Part shown: one piece after another, positions 28,310 through 35,309 of the stretch | How positions within the stretch are numbered: position 1 is the first letter of the stretch | How the letters are laid out: each line of letters opens with the position of its first letter | Virus record (IMG/VR): IMGVR_UViG_2124908004_000021 | Strand: one strand, 5' to 3' | DNA from: an uncultured virus (IMG/VR IMGVR_UViG_2124908004_000021) | Taxonomy: Duplodnaviria > Heunggongvirae > Uroviricota > Caudoviricetes | DNA length: 35,309 nucleotides | Translations under genes and position numbers: made by a program | Notes under the pieces: generated by a model | Told to the model about the DNA's origin: nothing | Database searches by the model: none | What the model saw: the letters and a program-made list of their open reading frames with translations, nothing else

Positions 28310-29628
28310 GAACCGTAACAGAAATAAAGCCTGCATTTCCTGTTATGCCAAGCATGAAGCGCGTTGCCGCATACGCGAGGGTTTCCAGCGACAAAGAAGG
28401 TATGCTCCATTCCCTTGCCGCTCAAGTCAGTTATTACAGCGGATATATTCAACAGCATAATGATTGGGAATATGTCGGTGTATACGCGGATGAAGCCCTG
28501 ACCGGCACAAAAGATAACCGTCCGGAGTTCAAGCGACTCATTGCCGACTGCAGGGAAAACAAAATCGATCTTATCATTACCAAGTCCATATCCCGCTTCG
28601 CCCGTAATACGGTTGACCTGCTTGAAACGGTACGAGAGCTGAAGCTGCTGGGCATCGATGTATATTTCGAGGAGCAGAACATCCACTCGATGAGCAACGA
28701 CGGCGAGCTCATGCTCACCATCCTCGCTTCCTACGCGCAGGAGGAAAGCTACTCGGTTTCGGAAAACTGCAAATGGCGCATCCGAAAAAGGTTTGAGCAA
28801 GGTGAGGTCGTCGGGTTCTTCAACATGTACGGCTATAACATCACCAAGGACGGCATTTTCATCAACGAGGAACAAGCTGCCGTCGTGCGTATGATTTTTG
28901 AGGACTATATTGGCGGCATGGGTGGCCACAAGATAGCAAAGAAGCTGAACGCTATGGGGGTTCCAAAACACCTCGGTGGTAAGTGGAAACCCACCAGCAT
29001 TACACATCTTTTGCGTAACGAAAAATATACGGGCAATGCCCTGCTCCAAAAGACATTCGTGGTTGACCACCTTACGAAACGGCAGATAACAAATACAGGT
29101 CAGCTTCCGAGATATTACGCCGAGCAGACACATCCTGCAATTATCAGCGTTGAGATTTTTGAAAAGGCTCGCCAGATCAGTGCTGAGAGAGCCTCCTACA
29201 ATCACGCAATTGGCGGGAAAAAGAATCCGAAATACCCTTTCACCGGAAAAATCCTCTGCGAATGCTGCGGGAAGCACTATAAAAGGAAAATCACCAACTA
29301 CAAGCACCAATGGCAGTGTATGACCTACCTCGACCATGGAAAAAATGAGTGCCAAGCCAAGCAGATACCGGAAACTGTCCTGCTGTCGGTCAGTACCGAG
29401 GTTCTGGGCTTATCGGAGTTTGACGAGGGTGCCTTCTCAGAGCAGATTACCGAGATACGGGTTCCGGGCGCCAACCGTCTGATTTTTGTCTTTGCGGACG
29501 GTCGAACGGAAGAACGCACATGGCGTGACCGCTCCCGCTCTGAAAGCTGGACATTGGAAATGCGTGAGGAGGCGCGGCGGCGCGCTATTGAGAGGAGGAA
29601 CAGCACATGGCAAAAGGAAAAGCAATAA
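28306..29628 (+). CDS. Large serine recombinase 1 (short C-terminus, no long coiled coil evident)
   Basis: AAYARVSS, DEALTGT...RPEF, TKSISRFARN, NEKYTG, zinc ribbon CECCG..WQC..C. Confidence 0.93.
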   Translation: MRTVTEIKPAFPVMPSMKRVAAYARVSSDKEGMLHSLAAQVSYYSGYIQQHNDWEYVGVYADEALTGTKDNRPEFKRLIADCRENKIDLIITKSISRFARNTVDLLETVRELKLLGIDVYFEEQNIHSMSNDGELMLTILASYAQEESYSVSENCKWRIRKRFEQGEVVGFFNMYGYNITKDGIFINEEQAAVVRMIFEDYIGGMGGHKIAKKLNAMGVPKHLGGKWKPTSITHLLRNEKYTGNALLQKTFVVDHLTKRQITNTGQLPRYYAEQTHPAIISVEIFEKARQISAERASYNHAIGGKKNPKYPFTGKILCECCGKHYKRKITNYKHQWQCMTYLDHGKNECQAKQIPETVLLSVSTEVLGLSEFDEGAFSEQITEIRVPGANRLIFVFADGRTEERTWRDRSRSESWTLEMREEARRRAIERRNSTWQKEKQ

Positions 29629-31190
29629 CGGTTATACCGGCAACTATACAGAAGGTCTCGGGGCAGCATGTCTCTTCCATGACAAAACGACGCGTGGCGG
29701 CATATGCCCGTGTTTCTACCGACAGTGAGGAACAGCTTACCAGCTACGAAGCCCAGGTGGATTATTACACCAAGTTCATACAGCAACGGACTGACTGGGA
29801 GTTTGTCACCGTTTATACAGACGAGGGTATTACAGCGGTCAATACAAAACGGCGCGAGGGCTTCAAACAAATGGTCGCCGACGGGCTTGCCGGAAAGTTC
29901 GACCTGCTCGTTACGAAGTCCGTCTCCCGCTTTGCCCGGAACACGGTCGACAGTCTGACCACCGTCCGTAAGCTCAAGGAGAAAAGCGTCGAGGTCTGGT
30001 TCGAGAAAGAGAATATCTACACCCTCGACAGCAAGGGCGAACTGCTCATAACGATTATGTCGTCGCTGGCGCAAGAGGAAAGCCGCTCCCTATCGGAAAA
30101 CGTGACTTGGGGCCAGCGGAAGCGCTTCTCTGACGGGAAGGTCAGCATGCCTTATAAGCAGTTCCTCGGTTATGAAAAGGGCGAGGATGGGCTGCCAAAG
30201 ATAGTGGAAGCCGAAGCAGAAATCGTCCGCATGATATTCCGACAGTTCACCGAAGGGAAAACCCCATCGGCGATTGCGAAGTATTTAGGAATTCAGGGGA
30301 TTCGGACTCCATCGGGTAAAAAGACATGGCAATCCAGCACCGTGCAGTCCATCCTCACAAACGAAAAATACAAGGGCGATGCGCTTCTACAGAAGAAGTT
30401 CACAGTGGATTTCCTGACAAAAAAGATGAAGGAAAACCAAGGTGAGGTGCCGCAATACTACGTTCAGAACAGCCATCCTGCCATCATCGTACCGGAGGAA
30501 TTCGACTCGGTACAGGCGGAGATGGAGCGCCGAAAAAACCTCGGCAGGCCGCGCACCTGCAACAGCCCGTTTTCCTCGATGATCGTCTGCGGCAAATGCG
30601 GTGGGTATTACGGCCCCAAGGTATGGGGCAGCAACACAAAATATCGTCGGACAATCTGGCAGTGCAATGATAAGTATAAGGGTGAAGATGTCTGCAGGTC
30701 GCCACACCTGAATGAGGATGATTTGAAGGAACGGTTCCTCACGGCATTCAACATCCTGATTGGCAAACGAAAGAAGCTTCTGGATGACTGTAACCTTGCT
30801 TGTGACACGCTCAGTGATTGCACCAAGATTGAAAAGGAAATCGCCGAACGCCGCCGGGAGATGGAGGTGGTCAGCGAACTTTCGCGGAAGGCCATATATG
30901 AGAATGCCAATTCTGCCATCAACCAGACAGTGTTTACTAAACGTAACAACACGTATCTTGAGCGGTACCGGGCAGCCAAAGAGCGTGTCGATGCACTAGA
31001 GGCCATTCGTTCAGAGCGACTCGGGAAGGCCCTTATGCTGAAGTCCTTCATACAGGACATCAAGTCCCAGCCGCGCTTAATAGAGGAATTCGATGAAAAG
31101 CTGTGGAGCGTTTCCTTAGATAAGGTTGTGGTCATAGACGACGAACGGCTGGCGTTCCATTTCAAAAACGGCAAAGTGATTGAGACATAA
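29607..31190 (+). CDS. Large serine recombinase 2
   Basis: AAYARVST, TKSVSRFARN, NEKYKGD, CGKCG..WQC..C, coiled coil, FHFKNG end. Confidence 0.93.
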   Translation: MAKGKAITVIPATIQKVSGQHVSSMTKRRVAAYARVSTDSEEQLTSYEAQVDYYTKFIQQRTDWEFVTVYTDEGITAVNTKRREGFKQMVADGLAGKFDLLVTKSVSRFARNTVDSLTTVRKLKEKSVEVWFEKENIYTLDSKGELLITIMSSLAQEESRSLSENVTWGQRKRFSDGKVSMPYKQFLGYEKGEDGLPKIVEAEAEIVRMIFRQFTEGKTPSAIAKYLGIQGIRTPSGKKTWQSSTVQSILTNEKYKGDALLQKKFTVDFLTKKMKENQGEVPQYYVQNSHPAIIVPEEFDSVQAEMERRKNLGRPRTCNSPFSSMIVCGKCGGYYGPKVWGSNTKYRRTIWQCNDKYKGEDVCRSPHLNEDDLKERFLTAFNILIGKRKKLLDDCNLACDTLSDCTKIEKEIAERRREMEVVSELSRKAIYENANSAINQTVFTKRNNTYLERYRAAKERVDALEAIRSERLGKALMLKSFIQDIKSQPRLIEEFDEKLWSVSLDKVVVIDDERLAFHFKNGKVIET

Positions 31191-31194
31191 AATT

Positions 31195-31289
31195 TTCGTC
31201 CACCCCTGCGAGAAATTCGTCCACTCCTAATAAAAGTTCGTCCACCAAGCGTTATCGGTGGACGAACTTTTATCAAGTGATAGCACTTG
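31195..31289. repeat. Terminal repeat array / candidate att region
   Basis: TTCGTCCAC at 31195, 31216 and 31237 (21-bp period); perfect 17-bp IR 31230-31246/31257-31273; palindrome CAAGTG-atag-CACTTG 31274-31289. Confidence 0.85.
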
Positions 31290-32738
31290 CTCCAACTGAT
31301 CCTTAGAAGAACACTCAAGTTCTAAGGGTAACGATGATTGGCCATCTTGTATGTTGTACAGGATGGTCATTTTGTCATCATAGAGTATTATTTTGCGGAC
31401 GCACGTATCCACAAGCGCCTTGCGGTATTTCAGGTCATTGACGTCACCTTTCTTGAACCGCTCAAAGAAGAATTTCACTTGGGATATAGTCACTACGGGA
31501 TACTGTATCGTTTCTTCGGCAAGCTGCTTCTCAAGCTCGGTGCGCTCCGTTTTCTTTTGCATTATACGGTCTGTGATGATGTCATCAATCTGGCCTCTTT
31601 CCAAGGCTTTCAACAAGTTTTCTGTGGCCTTCTCATTCTCTTTCAACAGTTTTTGCAACCGCTGCATAGTAGGAGAATTACTTTCCTTTTGGCAGAACGC
31701 CACAACCTCTTTGGCGATTTTATCTAAGTTGCCGTCAGTCAGTATCTTCTTTGTTTCTCTGACAACCAAATCTTCGATATAATCTTTCTGCACCGTCTTT
31801 TTATCACACAGACGTTTTCGTCCCTGCACGCAGATGTAATAGTAATACTTTTTACCGCTCCGGCTGGTGCCGGTGATGCCGGTCATCATACTGTCACAGC
31901 GCCCACAGAATAGCTTTGTTGTTAAGATGTATTCTGCCTTTGCTTTGGGCCTTACAGGCGCTTTCCTGTTCTTCTCCAGCATGGCTTTCACTTTGTTGAA
32001 TAACTCATCAGAGACGATGCGGGGAACGCCGTCAGGTATATCGCCGCCCACGTACGTGTACACTCCGATATATCGTTTGTTGGTGAGAATTCGGCGTATG
32101 CTGTTTTTGTCATATTCATTGCCCCGGGAAGTTTTTATATGTGCGTTATTTAAATAGCGGGTGATTGTGGCCATGTTCTCGCCCATGGCGTACATTTCAA
32201 AAATCTGCTGGACGATGGGCGCGATTTCCTCGTCAATCTGGAAACGCTTATTTTCATCAACCTTAAAGCCAAGCGCGATATTGCCACCAGTAGACAGGCA
32301 TTTTTGAGCATTTATATCCATACCACGCCGGATTTTTTGCCCAAGTTCAGCCGAATAATACTCAGCCATTCCTTCCAATACAGACTCAATAAGTATTCCG
32401 CTTGCATCCTCCGTGATATTCTCCATCGCTGATAATACACGGACGTCGTTTTTCTTGAGTTTGGCTTTATTAGTGGCGCTATCATATCGATTACGGGCAA
32501 AGCGGTCTAACTGATAGACAATGACATACTTAAATTGTTTTTTTGCGCTATCCTCAATCATCTTTAAGAATTCTGGCCTTTTGTCATTCGTGCCACTCAT
32601 TGCGCGATCTATGTATTCGTGGATGACGGTATAATCATTACGTTTAGCAAAATCGTAACAGCTTTTAAGTTGGCCTTCAATAGACTGCTCAGTCTGATTA
32701 TGGGAACTATAACGGGCATATATTACTACGTTGGTCAT
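31227..32738 (-). CDS. Large serine recombinase 3 (integrase of the neighbouring element)
   Basis: VIYARYSS...SIEGQ, DRAMSGT..RPEF, YQLDRFARN, CGRC..YYIC..C, coiled coil. Confidence 0.93.
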   Translation of the reverse strand: MTNVVIYARYSSHNQTEQSIEGQLKSCYDFAKRNDYTVIHEYIDRAMSGTNDKRPEFLKMIEDSAKKQFKYVIVYQLDRFARNRYDSATNKAKLKKNDVRVLSAMENITEDASGILIESVLEGMAEYYSAELGQKIRRGMDINAQKCLSTGGNIALGFKVDENKRFQIDEEIAPIVQQIFEMYAMGENMATITRYLNNAHIKTSRGNEYDKNSIRRILTNKRYIGVYTYVGGDIPDGVPRIVSDELFNKVKAMLEKNRKAPVRPKAKAEYILTTKLFCGRCDSMMTGITGTSRSGKKYYYYICVQGRKRLCDKKTVQKDYIEDLVVRETKKILTDGNLDKIAKEVVAFCQKESNSPTMQRLQKLLKENEKATENLLKALERGQIDDIITDRIMQKKTERTELEKQLAEETIQYPVVTISQVKFFFERFKKGDVNDLKYRKALVDTCVRKIILYDDKMTILYNIQDGQSSLPLELECSSKDQLEQVLSLDKSSSTDNAWWTNFY

Positions 32739-32756
32739 TTAATTCGAGGCCCCCTA

Positions 32757-32786
32757 TTGACAAATTTAGATCAAATAAATTATACT
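32757..32786 (+). promoter_or_regulatory. Sigma-A-type promoter divergent from recombinase 3
   Basis: TTGACA 32757-32762, 18 bp spacer, TATACT 32781-32786; ACTGTG/CACAGT inverted repeat (32784-32813) overlaps the -10 and start. Confidence 0.65.
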
Positions 32787-32792
32787 GTGAAT

Positions 32793-32895
32793 GATAAATT
32801 AAATAAACACAGTTTTTAAATATCGGTCAGAGGACCACATTTCACTACGTTTGGTCGTGGAGAGAAGAAAGGTGGTATGAGGCCGATTTTTGTTT
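32793..32895 (+). ncRNA. Candidate ~100-nt small RNA or attenuator leader
   Basis: Downstream of the promoter; long imperfect hairpin 32822-32887 with UUUGGU apical loop followed by a U-rich tract. Confidence 0.45.
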
Positions 32896-33027
32896 GGGGT
32901 AAATTCCCGCATTTAATTTATTAAATATCTAGGTTCTGGCAATACCGAGCAAATAGTTTTCATTATGAAAACCCTAAACATCCTGATCAGAGTATCGAAT
33001 TTAACGCCAGAAGCAGGTTGAGCATTT

Positions 33028-33195
33028 ATGGACTCGCAAAGCGAGGCTGCACTTTTTCGTTCGTACGCGTTTTTGTTGTACAAGGATATTCAACAATACA
33101 TGAAAGAGCATCAGGATGAGTATGTAGCATATTTAGAAAATCAGGAAAAAGAAGAATCCACGCATGTAAAGAAGAGCAAGGCAAAAAAGGGCTAA
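33028..33195 (+). CDS. 55-aa hypothetical protein (not in ORF track)
   Basis: MDSQSEAALFRSYAFLLYKDIQQYMKEHQDEYVAYLENQEKEESTHVKKSKAKKG; weak AGGT RBS; followed by hairpins. Confidence 0.55.
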   Translation: MDSQSEAALFRSYAFLLYKDIQQYMKEHQDEYVAYLENQEKEESTHVKKSKAKKG

Positions 33196-33359
33196 ATTTG
33201 CGCTTTGCCTTTTTAGCCTTGCCTTTTCAGAGCGCACAGGAGCTACAAGGTTAAGCCGACATGGCATCTTAATGGTTGCTATTTGGAACGACGCGGGGCA
33301 TCTCTCGTAAGGCTTGAGAGGACGAGGGATGCCATCAAATTTAAAATTTGGAGGACAAC

Positions 33360-34766
33360 ATGGATAGTAAAAGTATTAATCAAAGAATTAAAATGTCAGA
33401 TATCACTCAATATGAGCCTACTGAGTTTGGGATGGCACAATTGTTTGTTGATATCTTCGGTGAGGGAATCAGGCATGTAATCCTCGAGAAACACTATTAT
33501 GTTTACAAGCCGAAAAAAGGTATCTGGTTGCAAGATCAAGAAGAATTTGTTGAACGATATATGGAGCGATTTTTGTCTGAGGTGTGTCTGTGGCTGATAA
33601 GCCAAATTGAGAATGTAGGACAGCGGCGAAGATTTAGGGCTTGGATAGATAAGCGCCAATCCAATGCGGCTGTCAATAATATTCTAAAAAGTGTCAGGCG
33701 TAAGCCGGGGATAACGATTAACAGCACAGAATTTGATAAGCAAGCAAGGTACTTCAAACTAAAAAATTGCGTGTTTGACTTTGGGTCAAGCGAGTGTATA
33801 TCGGACGATAAGAATTTCCTGATAACCAAAGAAGCAGGCGCAAGATATGATGCTGAGGTCAAGGACAATACATGGCGCGATTTTATGATGAGCATTATGG
33901 ACAACGACGAGGAGATGTATGATTATCTTCTGCGAACTATATTGTATGCCATGCAGGGAAATCCCGTCTATCATTGTATGTTTATGCTACTTGGCCTTAG
34001 GCAGAGGAATGGTAAAAGCACATTTGTTGGTGGATTGTCGGCTTTTTTTGGGCGCTATGGAACCTCTCTGTTGCCTGAATCGTTAGCAAAGACCAGAGTA
34101 GGTAATGGAGACTCCCCATCGCCTGACATCGCCAAATTGAAAGGAGCACGCTTTGTAAGCATAGCGGAGCCGGCTAAAAAAATTACACTAAATGTTGCGC
34201 TGATAAAAGCTATAACCGGCATGGATATTATCAGCGCAAGAAAACTGTATAGTAACTATGAGGACTTCGTTAATCATGCGGTTTTCTTTATGCACATGAA
34301 TAGGCTCCCTGTTGTGGATGACCCGACGCTTTTTGGAGGAGAACGGGTTATCGTTATACCCTTTGATGTTCACTTTGAGGAAGCGGATAGGGATACACAA
34401 TTGCCGAAAAAACTTGTGACTGACGGCGCGTTATCAGGACTACTGAATGAGGTTTTACGTATCCAGAAGAAATATAAGGGTGTAGGTGTTAAAGAGCGAT
34501 TACCAAAGAAAATACAGAAGGCCACAAAAGACTTCGAGTATAAATGTGACCCGATTTCTCATTTTATGAGGAAATTCTTTGTGAGAGGTGAAGGCTTGTG
34601 GATTCCCATGTCCGAAATTTATAAAAGGTATAAGAAATTTGCATTTGAAATGGGGATTATACCTATTGCGTCAAGATCGCTTACAATTGAGCTGAAAGAA
34701 AGAGGATATGATATAAAAAGAAGGGGCAAAGGCGGCAATGGCCTAAAGGGATATTCTTGGAAGTAA
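33360..34766 (+). CDS. P4/D5-family SF3 helicase (D5_N, ATPase, winged helix); no N-terminal primase domain evident
   Basis: GLRQRNGKST, DIAKLKGARFVSIAE, IKAITGMD.ISARKLY, MNRLP, VIPF; GGAGG RBS before ATG 33360. Confidence 0.88.
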   Translation: MDSKSINQRIKMSDITQYEPTEFGMAQLFVDIFGEGIRHVILEKHYYVYKPKKGIWLQDQEEFVERYMERFLSEVCLWLISQIENVGQRRRFRAWIDKRQSNAAVNNILKSVRRKPGITINSTEFDKQARYFKLKNCVFDFGSSECISDDKNFLITKEAGARYDAEVKDNTWRDFMMSIMDNDEEMYDYLLRTILYAMQGNPVYHCMFMLLGLRQRNGKSTFVGGLSAFFGRYGTSLLPESLAKTRVGNGDSPSPDIAKLKGARFVSIAEPAKKITLNVALIKAITGMDIISARKLYSNYEDFVNHAVFFMHMNRLPVVDDPTLFGGERVIVIPFDVHFEEADRDTQLPKKLVTDGALSGLLNEVLRIQKKYKGVGVKERLPKKIQKATKDFEYKCDPISHFMRKFFVRGEGLWIPMSEIYKRYKKFAFEMGIIPIASRSLTIELKERGYDIKRRGKGGNGLKGYSWK

Positions 34767-34852
34767 ATCTCTAAAAGATGTTACACTTAATACACCTGTA
34801 GTGGTGTCGGAAGTGAATGATGTTTGTTAAACTCCCTCAATGTAAGGGAGTT

Positions 34853-35309
34853 CAGGCTGCTGACAAAGAGTTGGCAGCCTTTTTCGTTATCTAAAAGTAT
34901 GGTAAAATAAAAGAAACACCGGAGAAAGCTATGCTGGAAGAACAAAACAGCCATCAAGGCGAAATGGAACTGGTCATTATCGACACACTGGTTCCTCAAG
35001 ACCATCTTTTACGAAAGATCAAAAAACATATCGATTTCAGCTTCATCAATGACATGTGCCGTGGATATTACTGTCTGGATAATGGGCGTCCGGCCATAGA
35101 GCCTGTCATAATATTTAAAATATTGTTCATTGGATATCTTTTTGGTATTCGCTCAGAGCGGCGATTGGTTGAAGAAGTCAAGGTCAACATCGCATACAGA
35201 TGGTTTTTGGATTACAAACTGACAGACAAAATACCCGATGCGAGCGTGATTTGGCAGAACAGGCGCAGACGATTCAAGAATACGGATATTCCCCAGAGGA
35301 TATTTGACA
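34853..35309 (+). mobile_element. IS1182-family insertion sequence, left part
   Basis: Candidate left end CAGGCTGCTGACAAAG next to hairpin AACTCCCT..AGGGAGTT; transposase follows. Confidence 0.75.
34931..35309 (+). CDS. IS1182-family transposase, N-terminal (DUF772) part, truncated by window
   Basis: MLEEQNSHQGEMELVIIDTLVPQDHLLRKI..IDFSFI..NGRPAIEP..LFIGYLFGIRSERRL..NIAYRWFL..IPDAS. Confidence 0.9.
   Translation, partial: MLEEQNSHQGEMELVIIDTLVPQDHLLRKIKKHIDFSFINDMCRGYYCLDNGRPAIEPVIIFKILFIGYLFGIRSERRLVEEVKVNIAYRWFLDYKLTDKIPDASVIWQNRRRRFKNTDIPQRIFD

Larger units (their letters stand above)
1..31280 (+). mobile_element. Siphovirus-type prophage (left part outside window); right end approximate
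   Basis: Co-oriented replication, packaging, head, tail, lysis and recombinase modules in canonical order; right end placed at the repeat/palindrome cluster after the second recombinase, where strand and base composition change. Confidence 0.93.
31290..34830. mobile_element. AT-richer integrative element / satellite-like island (serine integrase, small ORF, SF3 helicase); boundaries approximate, interrupted by IS
   Basis: Strand switch, visible drop in GC, integrase divergent from a P4/D5-type helicase. Confidence 0.6.

Noticed and set aside
28261..30074. Long minus-strand ORFs (364 aa, 249 aa) and similar antisense ORFs elsewhere
   Set aside because: Shadows of GC-rich plus-strand genes with no recognisable motifs
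31195..31273. Mini CRISPR array
   Set aside because: 9-bp repeats with 12-bp spacers are far too short, and there are no cas genes
31274..31330. tRNA fragment as the integration target
   Set aside because: No cloverleaf or T-arm-plus-CCA segment recognisable on either strand

Overview
Most of the window (1 to ~31,280) is the right-hand part of a Firmicutes (Clostridia-like) siphovirus prophage, all on the + strand. In order it carries: a replication block (family A DNA polymerase C-terminus, Bro-N antirepressor, VapE primase-helicase, VRR-NUC, SNF2 helicase, RinA/ArpU-like late activator); packaging (HNH, P27-type small terminase, ParB-methyltransferase, a small accessory island, large terminase); an HK97-type head; a non-contractile tail with a -1 frameshifted chaperone; and a lysis cassette. 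It ends in an unusual recombination module: three paralogous HTH plus double zinc-finger proteins, a 51-aa SHOCT-like peptide and two tandem large serine recombinases, followed by a 21-bp-period repeat array and a perfect 17-bp inverted repeat. A second, visibly more AT-rich element abuts this end. It has a convergent third serine recombinase whose last codons read through the prophage terminal repeats, a candidate small RNA or attenuator, a 55-aa ORF and a P4/D5-type SF3 helicase, and is then interrupted by an IS1182-family element truncated by the window edge. Five N gaps and three apparent 1-nt homopolymer deletions (polymerase end, portal-protease junction, holin) limit interpretation. All family assignments come from motif recognition, not database searches.
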